Below the pieces are notes generated by a model that made no database searches, was not told the DNA's origin, and saw only the letters and a program-made list of their open reading frames with translations. From an uncultured Gemmatimonadales bacterium (lineage in GTDB: Bacteria > Gemmatimonadota > Gemmatimonadetes > Gemmatimonadales > JACORV01): a stretch of DNA of 64,000 nt. Of the stretch, positions 1-9,913 are shown piece after piece. The stretch is from positions 282,780-346,779 of the forward strand of contig CAWDZR010000029.1 in NCBI GenBank assembly GCA_963806755.1. Direction: 5' to 3'. Within the stretch, counting starts at the first letter, position 1; each line of letters begins with the position of its first letter. The translations under genes and the position numbers were made by a program.

Positions 1-203
1 TAGACCCGGCCTTCCGGAGCGACCAGGTGCACCGCCTCCTCGAGAGCCGCACGCTCCAGTCCCGGCATCCCCTGCCAGGCGGTCCCGTCCTGGAACGGCA
101 CAGCCCGAACCCGGGCGCGGCGGTCCCACCGGCGCACGGCTCCCACCCAACGCCGGCAGAAGCCGCACTGTCCGTCGTAGATGAGTGTCCAGGGATGCAT
201 CAT
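1..203 (-). CDS. DCC1-like thiol-disulfide oxidoreductase (DUF393); 5' part only, gene runs off the left edge
   Basis: Own minus-strand translation from ATG at 203: MMHPWTLIYDGQCGFCRRWVGAVRRWDRRARVRAVPFQDG..., with the YDGxCxxC motif of the DCC family. Confidence 0.6.
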   Translation of the reverse strand, partial: MMHPWTLIYDGQCGFCRRWVGAVRRWDRRARVRAVPFQDGTAWQGMPGLERAALEEAVHLVAPEGRV

Positions 204-234
204 GCGAACCGGGCGGGGACGACCGCCAACGGCC

Positions 235-1344
235 CTACGCCCAGACGCCGGGAATCCTGGCACCGCAGGAGGGGCAGAGTCCCGCGGCCGTCACGCGCTG
301 CCGGATGATCTGGTATCCGGAGCGCTCGATCAGGAGGTCGTCGCAATCCGGGCACCAGGTGTGCTCCCAGCGCCCCACCCGCCCCGGCAGGTTGCCGGCG
401 TAGACGAACTGCAGTCCTGCTTCGTGGCCGATCTCGCAGGCGCGCACCAGGTCCGCTGCCGTCGTGTTGCGCGGATCGGTCATCTTGTAGTCCTGGTGGA
501 ACGCGGTGACGTGCCACGGAATCGTCGGAGCGATCGCCGCGATCACGTCCGCCATGCGCCGCAGGTCGTCCGGCGCGTCGTTGAAGCCGGGCACGAGCAG
601 CGTGACGACCTCCACCCAGAAGCCGCGCTCGGCCGTCATCGCCATCGTATCCAGCACGCGTCGCAGTGTCCCGCCGAGCGACCGGTAGGCGCGATCCTGC
701 ATCGCCTTGAAGTCGATCTTGTAGCAGTCCGTCCACGGTCGCACGTAGTCGAGCGCTTCGGGCGTGGCGTTGCCGTTGGAGACGAACGCGGTCTTGAGGC
801 CGGCCTGCCGTGCCTCGCGAAAGACCTGCATCGCCCACTCGGCGGTGATGAGCGGTTCGTTGTACGACGACGCCACCACGCGCGCGCCGTGCCGGGCGCC
901 CAGGCCCGCGAGTGCCTCGGCGGTGACGTCGGCGATCGGGGCGACCGCGTCGTCGTCGCGCAGCGCCTGCGAGGTCAGCCAGTTCTGGCAGTAGCCGCAG
1001 TGGAAGTCGCATCCCAGCATGCCGAAGGTGAGGCAATCCGATCCCGGCAGCACGTGGAAGAACGGCTTCTTCTCGATCGGATCCGACTGCACGCCGGCCG
1101 CGTAGCCGAAGGGCACCATCAGGGTGCCGCCACGATTGAAGCGCACTTTGCAGATGCCGCGGCGTCCCTCGCGGATCAGGCACAGGTGCCCGCACGCCGT
1201 GCAGCGGACCGAGCCGTCGCCGCCCTCCGGATGCCACAATTCGCCCGGGTGGGCTCGCGCGTCCAGCAGGTCTTGGAGGGTCGTGGTCCTGGAGGTGTGG
1301 CCCTGCAGCACCGGAACGGCCCGGCGGGATGATGCCGCTGCCAT
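235..1344 (-). CDS. amrS: AmmeMemoRadiSam-system radical SAM enzyme
   Basis: C-terminal 369 aa of track ORF 235..2502; CDFHCGYCQNW radical-SAM cluster motif, SSYNEPLI, C-terminal CPDC...CPSC. Start set at ATG 1344 (MAAASSRR) because the upstream part of the ORF is antisense to the M28 gene. Confidence 0.8.
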   Translation of the reverse strand: MAAASSRRAVPVLQGHTSRTTTLQDLLDARAHPGELWHPEGGDGSVRCTACGHLCLIREGRRGICKVRFNRGGTLMVPFGYAAGVQSDPIEKKPFFHVLPGSDCLTFGMLGCDFHCGYCQNWLTSQALRDDDAVAPIADVTAEALAGLGARHGARVVASSYNEPLITAEWAMQVFREARQAGLKTAFVSNGNATPEALDYVRPWTDCYKIDFKAMQDRAYRSLGGTLRRVLDTMAMTAERGFWVEVVTLLVPGFNDAPDDLRRMADVIAAIAPTIPWHVTAFHQDYKMTDPRNTTAADLVRACEIGHEAGLQFVYAGNLPGRVGRWEHTWCPDCDDLLIERSGYQIIRQRVTAAGLCPSCGARIPGVWA

Positions 1345-1401
1345 ATGCGAATAGTGGCAGGCCGCTTGCCGCGGCGCCAGGGGGACGGATAGGATGGACG
1401 C

Positions 1402-2958
1402 ATGACATGGAAACTCGTTGCGACACTTGCGATTGCCGCCGCGTCGCCGCTGGCGGCCCAGACCGGTCACGGTTCCGCCCGCCAAAGCGATCGGCCGGTC
1501 GTGGACTCGATGGTGCTGCGGGCGGTCACCTGGTTTCTCTCCAGCGACCAGCTCGAGGGACGAGGGACGGGCCGCCGCGGCAACGACGTTGCCGCGCTCT
1601 ACATCGCCGCCGAGGCCCAGGCGCTCGGCTTGATGGGGGCGGGCACGGACGGGAGCTACTTCCAGGTCGTGCCGCTCGTCGAGGCCGTGGTGGACACCGC
1701 CGCCACCAAGGTGGCGCTCACGGCCGGGCCGCCCGGAGGCGCTGCGCGCGAAGTGTTCTCCACGCCGGACGCTTTCGTCCCCAACGTCGGCACGGACGCC
1801 ACCCTGGTGCCGTTCTCCGGAGGCCTGGCCTACGTCGGCTCGGCGCGCGACGTTCTCGCGCATCCCGAGGCGCTGCCGGACCTGGCGGGCCGCGTCGCGC
1901 TCGTGCGCGGCCCGTTCGGTTCCGACGCCGCCGCCGCGGACACGCTGCGCGCGCGGGGAGTGGCCGGTGTCGTGCAGCTGACGCCAGATTCCGCCACGTA
2001 CGCCCTCTACGTCCGCAGCCGCGGTCCGTCGCGCCTGTTCATCGCCGACTCCGCTCACGCGGTCTCGTCGTTCATCCCCGGCATTCCCGACGTGATCGCC
2101 AGTCCCGCGTTCGGGCAAGCTCTCGCGCCCGGTCTCGCGGCCGCCGGCTCCGCAGGGGACCGCCCGGTACTCCTGCCGGGCCGCGTGGACGTGCAGATCG
2201 CGGTGCACCCCCGGCCCCTGGTATCGCGGAACGTCGCCGCGATCCTGCCCGGCGCCGACCCGGCACTGCGCGGGGAGTTCGTCGCCTACACCGCGCACCT
2301 CGACCATCTCGGCATCTCGACGCCCGATGCGCGCGGCGATTCCATCTACAACGGCTTCTCGGACAACGCCGCGGGCTGCGCGATGCTCCTCGCCATCGCG
2401 CACGCGATGGTGGCGGGGCCGCGGCCGGCGCGCTCGGTGCTGTTCCTCTGGCCGACGGGCGAGGAGCGCGGCCTGCTCGGCTCCGACTATTTCGCCGCCC
2501 ATCCGCTCGTGAGCCCCGACAGCATCGCCGCCGAGATCAACCTCGACGCGGGCGCCCCTCCGGCGCCCCCGGTGAGCTGGGAGATCCCCGGAGGCGACCG
2601 CTCCACGCTCGGGAGCCTGGCGGTGCAGGTGGCGCGGCGCGCCGGCTGGACCGCGAAGGTGGGACCGGCGAGCCCGAACTCCGATTACTTCCCGCTGCTC
2701 AGGATCGGCGTGCCTGCCGTCTTCCTGGTGCCGGGGTCCGCGCCGTTCGAGGGGCTGTCCGCCGATTCATCGAAGGCGCTCGGCCGGAAATGGGATCACT
2801 ACCACCAGCCTTCGGACGAGTGGAAGGCGGACTTTCCCTTCTCGGGTCTGGTGCGGTACGCCGAATTCGGCTATCGCGTCGGCATGGCCGCGGCCGCGGG
2901 CCCGCGGCCCGTGCTGGTGCCGGCGGCGCCCGGCGGCCGGCGCCCGGCGGCGCCATGA
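1402..2958 (+). CDS. M28 family metallopeptidase (secreted aminopeptidase-like)
   Basis: Track ORF 518 aa; N-terminal signal MTWKLVATLAIAAASPLAAQ; HLDHLG, DNAAGCAMLLAIAHAM and GEERGLLGSDYF motifs typical of M28. Confidence 0.85.
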   Translation: MTWKLVATLAIAAASPLAAQTGHGSARQSDRPVVDSMVLRAVTWFLSSDQLEGRGTGRRGNDVAALYIAAEAQALGLMGAGTDGSYFQVVPLVEAVVDTAATKVALTAGPPGGAAREVFSTPDAFVPNVGTDATLVPFSGGLAYVGSARDVLAHPEALPDLAGRVALVRGPFGSDAAAADTLRARGVAGVVQLTPDSATYALYVRSRGPSRLFIADSAHAVSSFIPGIPDVIASPAFGQALAPGLAAAGSAGDRPVLLPGRVDVQIAVHPRPLVSRNVAAILPGADPALRGEFVAYTAHLDHLGISTPDARGDSIYNGFSDNAAGCAMLLAIAHAMVAGPRPARSVLFLWPTGEERGLLGSDYFAAHPLVSPDSIAAEINLDAGAPPAPPVSWEIPGGDRSTLGSLAVQVARRAGWTAKVGPASPNSDYFPLLRIGVPAVFLVPGSAPFEGLSADSSKALGRKWDHYHQPSDEWKADFPFSGLVRYAEFGYRVGMAAAAGPRPVLVPAAPGGRRPAAP

Positions 2959-2961
2959 GGA

Positions 2962-3765
2962 CTACTTGAGGTCGCCCGGAGGCAGGGAGTAGAGCAGCAG
3001 CGCAGTCCGGCGGTCGCGGAGCGTCAGGTCGGTCGCCGACGTCTCGGGGTACATGACGTCGCCGCGATCCGGGGAGTGGTCGAGACCGACGGCATGCCCC
3101 AGCTCGTGCAGGGCCAGGGCCACCATCTGCACCGGCAGGACCAGCTGGCCGCCGGGAACGTGCGTGGCGAGCGTGATCGCGGCATGCACGATCGGCCCCC
3201 GGCTTTGCCAGGTGAGGTCGGTGCGGCCCGTGCGGTTGCCGTCCAGTCGCTCAGACCACGTCACGACGATGTCGGCTTCGCCGGTATCCGGCGCCTCCTC
3301 CAGCCTGACCGGAAGACCCACCTCGTTCCAGCGCGCCAGCGCGGTGGAAACCGCGACGGTGAAGGCGGGGGTGAACCCGGGGACGGTGTCCCGCCGCACC
3401 TGCACGCGCAGCGGGCGCCCGGCGCGCTCGTCGCCCCAGCGATGCAGCACGGAATCGCCTTCGGCCAGCATCGCGGCGATGTACGTGTCGCCTTCGCCAA
3501 GGGCGATCCGCTGCAGCGCCGCCGTTCGGGTGGCGAGATCGAGCCGGCCCGCGCCCCCGGCCGCGGGACCGGGCGCCGGGGCCGCGAGCGCGGTCGTCGT
3601 CGTGGTCACGTCCGGCCCGCGGCCGCTCGGGACGGCGCCCGCGGCGGCTCGCCGCGGCGGCTCGGGATGTCCCAGGGCGCGCCGCGCGAGATCCACCGCC
3701 ACGGTCGCCAGCAGTGCCAGCGCCACCGCCGGCACCACCACGCGCGCCGCCCCTGACTTGGCCAT
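2962..3765 (-). CDS. matrixin-like zinc metalloprotease (metzincin)
   Basis: HELGHAVGLDHS (HExxHxxGxxH) followed by VMYP Met-turn; start chosen at MAKSGAARVVVPAVALALL (TM/signal), internal to track ORF 2962..3837. Confidence 0.8.
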   Translation of the reverse strand: MAKSGAARVVVPAVALALLATVAVDLARRALGHPEPPRRAAAGAVPSGRGPDVTTTTTALAAPAPGPAAGGAGRLDLATRTAALQRIALGEGDTYIAAMLAEGDSVLHRWGDERAGRPLRVQVRRDTVPGFTPAFTVAVSTALARWNEVGLPVRLEEAPDTGEADIVVTWSERLDGNRTGRTDLTWQSRGPIVHAAITLATHVPGGQLVLPVQMVALALHELGHAVGLDHSPDRGDVMYPETSATDLTLRDRRTALLLYSLPPGDLK

Positions 3766-3902
3766 GAGCCCGCAATCTGTGTCCGGTTGCGCGGTGCGGC
3801 AAACGTGCCGATTGCGCATCGGCTCACGAACGCGCAATATGCCCGCCTCTGCAGGCGTCCGACCGACCTGACGCCTTCCGCTGCGACGACGGGGATCCCT
3901 GC

Positions 3903-6200
3903 GTGTTCAGACTGCCGGCCAAGAGCATCGTGCGATGGCGCTGGCCGATCGTGGGGGCCTGGATCGTCATCACCGTGCTGATGGCTCCGCTCGGTCGCGA
4001 TCTCCACCAGCGGCTGCGCGTGGGCGGGCAGAACCTGACGCACTCCGAGTCCACCGAAGCCGAAGACGCCATCCGCACCGGATTCGATTCGCCCTACGCT
4101 TCCTTCGCCGCCGTCGCCATCCAGCATCCCACGCTGACGTTGGACAACCATCGCTACGCCGCCTACGTGGATTCGATCACGGCCGCGCTGCGCCGCCTGC
4201 CCTTCGTGCTCGAAACGCTGAACTGGCGGAATTCCGGCGACGCTTCGCTCCGCAGCCACGACGGGCGGATCGCCCTCGTGCTGATCGGGCTTTCCGCCGA
4301 CAGCTCCGCGACCGCCGACACCCCGCTGTTGCGCAGCACCGTGGCGCAGGTCCAGCATCGTTTCGGCAGCGACTTCCAGACCTACGTCACGGGTGACCCT
4401 GCCTTCGACTACGACCTCCGCACCACCGCGGCCGACGACTCGCGCCGGATGGAACAACGCCTGATTCCGGCCACGCTCATCCTGTTGCTGATCACCTTCA
4501 GCGCCCTGGTGGCGGCGCTGCTGCCGATCAGCGTCGGCGTCATCGCGATCACCGTGAGCCTGGGTCTCGTGTCCGTGGCCGCGGCGCTCGTGCCGATGTC
4601 CATCTTCGTGCTGAACCTCACGACGATGATCGGCCTCGGCGTGGGGATCGACTACTCCCTGCTGGTCGTCACCCGCTTCCGCGAAGAGCTGGAGTACGCG
4701 CCCAGCCGGCTCGAGGCCGCCGAGGAGACGATCCGCACCGCCTCGCGCACGGTGATCACCTCGGGCGTGGCGGTGATCGTGGGGTTCGTCGCGCTGATGT
4801 TCGTGCCGCTCCAGGAGACGCGGTCCGTCGGCCTGGCGGGGGTGTTCGTCGTGGCGACGTCCATCGTGCTGGCGGTGACGTTCCTGCCCGCCGTGTTGGC
4901 CATCCTGGGCCACCACGTGGACCAGCCGCGCATCCTCGCGCGGCTGCTGCGGCGCCTGCACTCCGGCCGCGGGTGGAACCGGTACGCCCGGGCCATCGCG
5001 CGCCATCCACTGCGCGCCGTCTCCCTGTCCGGCGCCCTCGCGCTGGGGCTCGCGCTGCCGGCGCTGTGGCTGCGGATGGGCCTGCCCGTGGTGGGCTTCT
5101 TTCCGGCCGATACCGACTCGGCGCGCGGCCTGGCGGTGCTCGAGAACATGGGACACGGCGGAGCGCTGCGCCCGCTCAAGATCGTGCTCGAGACGTCGGA
5201 CGGCAGCCAGATGCTGGACGTGGACCGCCTGCGGGGCCTGCGGGCCCTCTCCGACTCGCTCCGTGCCAACCCCCGCGTCGCCCAGGTCCGCGGCCTCCTG
5301 GACCTGCGCCCCGGCATCCCGTTGTGGCAGTACATCGAGCTGTACGGCGATACCGCCGCGGCACGGCGGCGCATGCCGGCCGTGTTCAAGGCCTTCCTGA
5401 GCCACGACGGCACCGCCACGACGTTCGACGTGGAGCTGCGCGACTCCGTTTCCCTCGACGGCTCGATGGAAGCGGTGCAGGAGGTGCGGCGCCTCAACGT
5501 CCGGGCGCTGCCGATGCTGCGGGACGTGCGCATGCTGGTCGGCGGGTTCTCCGCCTCGAACCTCGACTTCCAGGACAAGGTGCGGGCCCTCTTCCCGCTG
5601 CTGGCGATCCTGATTCTCGGCGTCACCGGCGTGATGCTGGCGATCGTGTTCCGGTCGGTGCTGGTGCCCATCAAGGCCGTGGTGATGAACTCGCTCTCCG
5701 TGTCGGCGGCCTTCGGCATCACGGTGCTCGTCTTCCAGTGGGGGCTCGGCGGCTCGCTGTTCGGCCTCGCCGGTCCCACGCAGGCGGTGTTCGCGATCAC
5801 CCCGGTCCTGGTGTTCGCGATCGTGTTCGGTCTATCCATGGACTACGAGGTGTTCCTGCTGTCGCGCATCAAGGAGGAATTCGACGCCACCCACGACAAC
5901 GACGAGGCGACGGTCAGCGGCCTGACGGCGACGGGGGCGACCATCACCAACGCCGCGTTGATCATGATCGTGGTGTTCGGCGCGTTCGCCTTCGCCCGTG
6001 TGATGGCCGTCCAGATGATCAGCTTCGGGCTCGCGGTCGCGGTGCTGCTCGACGCGTCGCTCATCCGGGTGGCCATGGTCCCGGGGGTCATGCACCTGGC
6101 CGGTCACCTCAACTGGTGGCCCGGCTACCGGCGGCGCGGCGGCGGCAGCCACCGTCGGGCCAGCGGCGAGGTCGGGCCGGCCCCGGGCCCCGGCGCCTGA
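3903..6200 (+). CDS. MMPL family (RND superfamily) transporter
   Basis: 765-aa track ORF with two blocks of multiple TM helices; GVGIDYSLLVVTRFREEL and LSMDYEVFLLSRIKEE motifs typical of MMPL proteins. Confidence 0.85.
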   Translation: MFRLPAKSIVRWRWPIVGAWIVITVLMAPLGRDLHQRLRVGGQNLTHSESTEAEDAIRTGFDSPYASFAAVAIQHPTLTLDNHRYAAYVDSITAALRRLPFVLETLNWRNSGDASLRSHDGRIALVLIGLSADSSATADTPLLRSTVAQVQHRFGSDFQTYVTGDPAFDYDLRTTAADDSRRMEQRLIPATLILLLITFSALVAALLPISVGVIAITVSLGLVSVAAALVPMSIFVLNLTTMIGLGVGIDYSLLVVTRFREELEYAPSRLEAAEETIRTASRTVITSGVAVIVGFVALMFVPLQETRSVGLAGVFVVATSIVLAVTFLPAVLAILGHHVDQPRILARLLRRLHSGRGWNRYARAIARHPLRAVSLSGALALGLALPALWLRMGLPVVGFFPADTDSARGLAVLENMGHGGALRPLKIVLETSDGSQMLDVDRLRGLRALSDSLRANPRVAQVRGLLDLRPGIPLWQYIELYGDTAAARRRMPAVFKAFLSHDGTATTFDVELRDSVSLDGSMEAVQEVRRLNVRALPMLRDVRMLVGGFSASNLDFQDKVRALFPLLAILILGVTGVMLAIVFRSVLVPIKAVVMNSLSVSAAFGITVLVFQWGLGGSLFGLAGPTQAVFAITPVLVFAIVFGLSMDYEVFLLSRIKEEFDATHDNDEATVSGLTATGATITNAALIMIVVFGAFAFARVMAVQMISFGLAVAVLLDASLIRVAMVPGVMHLAGHLNWWPGYRRRGGGSHRRASGEVGPAPGPGA

Positions 6201-6221
6201 CGCCCGGCCGCCGCGGCGCCG

Positions 6222-6533
6222 TCAGGGCGGCGCGGCGGTCCCGGATCCCGCGCCCCCCGACGGGCGCGGCGGCAGCAGGTCTCCCCACAGATCCCAGTGC
6301 CACGCGGCCACCCGCGTCCCGGACCGCGGGTCGCGGAGCGGCTTGTACTGCAGCCAGCGCGGATCGAGACCGACCCTCCGCCCCCAGGCCTCCAGCCGAC
6401 CGCGGTCGCTGCTCACCAGGTGGGCCATCGGCCGCCCGTCGAGCGCGAAGCGGTGCAGCCACAGGCCGCCGTCCAGCGCGTACACCAGGCCGTCGCGGCG
6501 CCGCGGAAACTCCCGCCACCCCGGGTCCGGCAC
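6222..6533 (-). CDS. DUF4031-like small protein
   Basis: 103-aa track ORF; MAHLVSSDRGRLEAWGRRVGLDPRW...HWDL resembles the DUF4031 pattern (xHLxSD...ELHxFAxxLG...HYD); from memory only. Confidence 0.5.
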   Translation of the reverse strand: MPDPGWREFPRRRDGLVYALDGGLWLHRFALDGRPMAHLVSSDRGRLEAWGRRVGLDPRWLQYKPLRDPRSGTRVAAWHWDLWGDLLPPRPSGGAGSGTAAPP

Positions 6534-6534
6534 G

Positions 6535-9300
6535 CTAGCCCGCCTTGGCGTCGAGCCAGTTCTCGCCGCTGCCCACGTCGGCCACGAGGGGCACCTGCAG
6601 CGTGGTGGCTCCCTCCATGCACGCCTTCACCATCGGCGCCACGCGCCCGACCTCGTCGAGCGGCGCCTCGACCACCAGCTCGTCGTGCACCTGCAACAGC
6701 AGCCGCGCCCGGTACCCACCGCGCAGCGCCGCGTGGACCCGCAGCATGGCCACCTTGATGAGGTCCGCCGCCGACCCCTGCAGGGGCGAGTTCTTCGCGG
6801 TGCGCTCGCCGAACATCCGGGTGTTGTGGTTCTTGTCCTTCAACTCCGGGATGTAGCGGCGCCGGCCGAAGATCGTCTCCACGTAGCCGCGCTCGCGCGC
6901 CTCGGCGACCGTGCGGTCGAGAAAGGCCCGCACCCCGGCGAAGCGCTCGAAGTACTCGTCGATGAAGCGTTGCGCCACGTCGTAGCCGATCCCGAGCTGG
7001 CGTCCCAGCGCGCGGGCGCCCTGGCCGTAGATGGTGGCGAAGTTGATCGTCTTGGCGCGGGAGCGCTGCTCGGCCGTCACGTCGGCCGGGGCGACGCCGA
7101 AGATGAGCGCCGCGGTCTGGCGGTGGATGTCGCCTCCCGCCCGGAACGCCTCCACGAAGGCCGGGTCGCCGGAGAGATGGGCGAGCAAGCGCAGCTCGAT
7201 CTGCGAGTAGTCGGCGACGACGAACCGGTTCCCGGCGCGCGGCACGAAGCCGCGACGGATCGCCTCGCCGCGGGGCGAGCGCACGGGAATGTTCTGGAGA
7301 TTCGGGTCGTTCGAGCTGAGCCTTCCGGTCGCGGCGCCGATCTGGTTGAAGGACGTGTGGATCCGCCCGGTGGCCGGGTTGATCTCGGCCGGCAGCGTCT
7401 CCAGGTAGGTCGAGAGCAGCTTCGCGATCTCCCGGTACTTGAGCAGCAGCTTCGGCACGGCGTGGCCCGCCGCGGCCAGCTCCTCGAGCACCTCCGCGTC
7501 GGTGGAGGGTCCGGTCTGGCCCTTCCGCACCACCGGGAGCTGGAGCTTCTCGAACAGGACGTGGCGCAGCTGGGGGGTGGAGTTGACGTTGAACGACCCG
7601 CCCGCCTCGCGGTGGATCTCGCTCTCGAGCTGCGCCAGCTCCTCCCGCATCTGGGCGGTCAGCCGCGCGAAGTGCGCGACGTCGATGGCGATGCCCTCCC
7701 ACTCCATGTCCACCAGCACGCCGATGAGCGGGATCTCCACGTCGCCGAACAGGGGCGCGAGGCCGTGGTCGGCAATCGTGGGCTCGAGGCGCGCCGCGAG
7801 CTGCAAGGCCCAATCGCTGCCCGCGCAGACGAAGTCCGCGGCCTCGCGGACGGCGACCTCGGCGAAGCTCCGCTCGGCGCGCCCCTTGCCGACGACTTCC
7901 GGGTAGGTCCGCATCCGCACGCTGAACTGCTCCAGCACGAGGGCGTCGAGCGCGTGCGACCGCTTGCCCGGGTCGATCATGAAGCTCGCGATCATCGTGT
8001 CGAACGTGACCCCGCGCAGCTCCACCCCCGCGCGGCGCAGCACCACCCAGTCGTCCTTGATGTCGTGTCCGATCTTGCCCACCGCCGGATCGCCGAGCAG
8101 GGCCGCCAGGGGCGCGAGCGCCGGATCCTGGAGCGGGGGGAGGTTCCGGACCTCCGCGCGCTCCAGCATGTCGCCCGAGGGCTGGTGCCCGAAGGGCAGG
8201 TACCAGGCTTCGCCGGGCCCCACCGCGATGGCGAGGCCGACCAAGTCGGCGCGCATCGGATCGGGGGACGTCGTCCCAGTGTCGAGCGCGAACCGGCCCG
8301 CCGCGCGGGCGCGTCGCACGACCTCGGCGACCGTGTCCACGTCGTCCGCGATGCCGTACGCGGGCGCGGACGCGTCGCGCACCGCCGGGGCCTCGGTTGC
8401 CGGCGCCTCCGCCAGCGTGCGGACGAGGGAGTGGAACTCGAGGTCCGCGAGCAGCGGCAGCAGCGCCGCCCGGTCCGGGGCCCGCACCGCGAGCGCCGCG
8501 AGGTCCAACTCGACCGGCACGTCACGGTGGAGCGTCACGAGCTCGCGCGACAGGCGGGCACGCTCGGCGTCCTGCGCCAGCGCTTCACGCACCCGCTTGG
8601 CACCCACCTGCGCCGCGTGCGCGAGGATCGCTTCGAGATCGCCGTACTCCTGAAGGAGCTTCTGGGCGGTCTTCTCGCCGACGCCCCGCACTCCGGGCAC
8701 GTTGTCGGCGGTGTCGCCGACCAGGGCCAGGAAGTCCACGGTCTGCTCCGGCGGAACGCCGAGCCGCTCGGCGGCGTTGGCGGCCGTCACGAAGCGCTCC
8801 TCCACCGCCGCGGGCCCGCCGCGACCGGGGTTCAACAGGCTGACGCGCGGACCGATGAGCTGGTAGAAGTCCTTGTCGCCCGAGACGATGACCACGTCCA
8901 CCCCACGGGCGGCCGCCTGCCCCGCGAGCGTGGCGATGACGTCGTCGGCCTCGTAGCCGGGGACGGCGAGCAACGGAACCCGGAAGGCCGCGAGCAGCGC
9001 CTCGACCCGCGTAATCGAGTGGTCGAAGTCCTGTTGCAGCTCCTCATCGAGCTTCTGGCGCGTCGCCTTGTAGTCGGGGAACCGTTCGTGGCGGAAGCTG
9101 GTACCGGCGTCGTGGACCCAGGCCACGTACTCGGGCCGGTGCCGGTCCGCCAGTCGCAGCAGGAAGTTGGCGATGCCCCATGCCACCGACGTGTTCTCGC
9201 CGCGGCTCGTGGTGAGCGGCCGCGCCAGCATGGCGAAGAACGCCCGGTAGATGAGCGCGTAGCCGTCGATGAGGAACAGGCGACCGCCGTCGGCCATCAC
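6535..9300 (-). CDS. polA: DNA polymerase I
   Basis: 921-aa track ORF; 5' nuclease N-terminus (LFLIDGYALIYRAFFA), polymerase motifs DYSQIELRLLAHLSGD and QVHDELVVEAP. Confidence 0.97.
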   Translation of the reverse strand: MMADGGRLFLIDGYALIYRAFFAMLARPLTTSRGENTSVAWGIANFLLRLADRHRPEYVAWVHDAGTSFRHERFPDYKATRQKLDEELQQDFDHSITRVEALLAAFRVPLLAVPGYEADDVIATLAGQAAARGVDVVIVSGDKDFYQLIGPRVSLLNPGRGGPAAVEERFVTAANAAERLGVPPEQTVDFLALVGDTADNVPGVRGVGEKTAQKLLQEYGDLEAILAHAAQVGAKRVREALAQDAERARLSRELVTLHRDVPVELDLAALAVRAPDRAALLPLLADLEFHSLVRTLAEAPATEAPAVRDASAPAYGIADDVDTVAEVVRRARAAGRFALDTGTTSPDPMRADLVGLAIAVGPGEAWYLPFGHQPSGDMLERAEVRNLPPLQDPALAPLAALLGDPAVGKIGHDIKDDWVVLRRAGVELRGVTFDTMIASFMIDPGKRSHALDALVLEQFSVRMRTYPEVVGKGRAERSFAEVAVREAADFVCAGSDWALQLAARLEPTIADHGLAPLFGDVEIPLIGVLVDMEWEGIAIDVAHFARLTAQMREELAQLESEIHREAGGSFNVNSTPQLRHVLFEKLQLPVVRKGQTGPSTDAEVLEELAAAGHAVPKLLLKYREIAKLLSTYLETLPAEINPATGRIHTSFNQIGAATGRLSSNDPNLQNIPVRSPRGEAIRRGFVPRAGNRFVVADYSQIELRLLAHLSGDPAFVEAFRAGGDIHRQTAALIFGVAPADVTAEQRSRAKTINFATIYGQGARALGRQLGIGYDVAQRFIDEYFERFAGVRAFLDRTVAEARERGYVETIFGRRRYIPELKDKNHNTRMFGERTAKNSPLQGSAADLIKVAMLRVHAALRGGYRARLLLQVHDELVVEAPLDEVGRVAPMVKACMEGATTLQVPLVADVGSGENWLDAKAG

Positions 9301-9316
9301 CGCTCCGACCGACGGC

Positions 9317-9913
9317 TCACGCCAGGAGGCGCAGCACCGCCGCGACGACCACGGGAATGGCGATGTTGTCGGCGCCCTTCCAGGCCACCCGCTCCGCCAC
9401 GGCCGCGCCCGCGCCGGCCGCCGCCGCCACGGGAAGCGGGATTTGGGTCAGCAGCAGCACCAGCGCGGCCGTGACCGCGCACGCGGCCGAGCCCGCCCAC
9501 GTCTTGCCCGGTCCGGCGCCGAAACGCGTGCCGACCATGGCGGCCATGGGATCGGCGAGCGCCGTCACGAGAATCGCGCGCTCTGCCGCGCCGACCGGAA
9601 ACAGCCACCAGGCGAGGGCGTACCCCAGCACCAGCGTCGTCGCGCCGCTGATGCCGGCGCGCTCGGCGGGCCGGAAGAGCGGGCCGACGAGGCGGTCGAA
9701 CCAGGCCTGCACCCCGGGCGACGCGAGGCGCGCGGTCTCGGCGCCGCCCGCGACAGCAACCAGGCCCCCGAAGACGAGGGCCGCCACCGTCGGCGGCAGG
9801 TGCGTGGCGAGCGGACCAACCCCTCCCGAGAGGACGTGGATGGAGCGCCGCCACGTCGCGCTGGCCGACGGGGAACCGGCGCCTGGCGGCCCGGGTGCCC
9901 GGCTCCCGGTCAT
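9317..9913 (-). CDS. CdsA/dolichol-kinase-family integral membrane protein
   Basis: C-terminal part of track ORF 9317..10138; polytopic, GTRFGAGPGKTWAGSAACAV motif; start at ATG 9913 overlaps the stop of the upstream gene (ATGA). Confidence 0.55.
   Translation of the reverse strand: MTGSRAPGPPGAGSPSASATWRRSIHVLSGGVGPLATHLPPTVAALVFGGLVAVAGGAETARLASPGVQAWFDRLVGPLFRPAERAGISGATTLVLGYALAWWLFPVGAAERAILVTALADPMAAMVGTRFGAGPGKTWAGSAACAVTAALVLLLTQIPLPVAAAAGAGAAVAERVAWKGADNIAIPVVVAAVLRLLA

Noticed and set aside
235-2502. 755-aa minus-strand ORF suggesting a large fusion protein
   Set aside because: Only the C-terminal 369 aa (235..1344) look like a real protein (radical SAM). The rest is the antisense strand of the M28 peptidase gene.
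6343-9474. 1043-aa ORF on the plus strand, and similar very long ORFs (3606..5405 -, 30405..32498 +, 24150..26270 +, 20307..22040 -)
   Set aside because: They are antisense or out of frame to strongly supported genes (polA, MMPL, mutS, the TPR protein, yidC). Their products are Arg/Gly/Pro-rich low-complexity strings with no motifs. These are typical shadow ORFs of GC-rich DNA.
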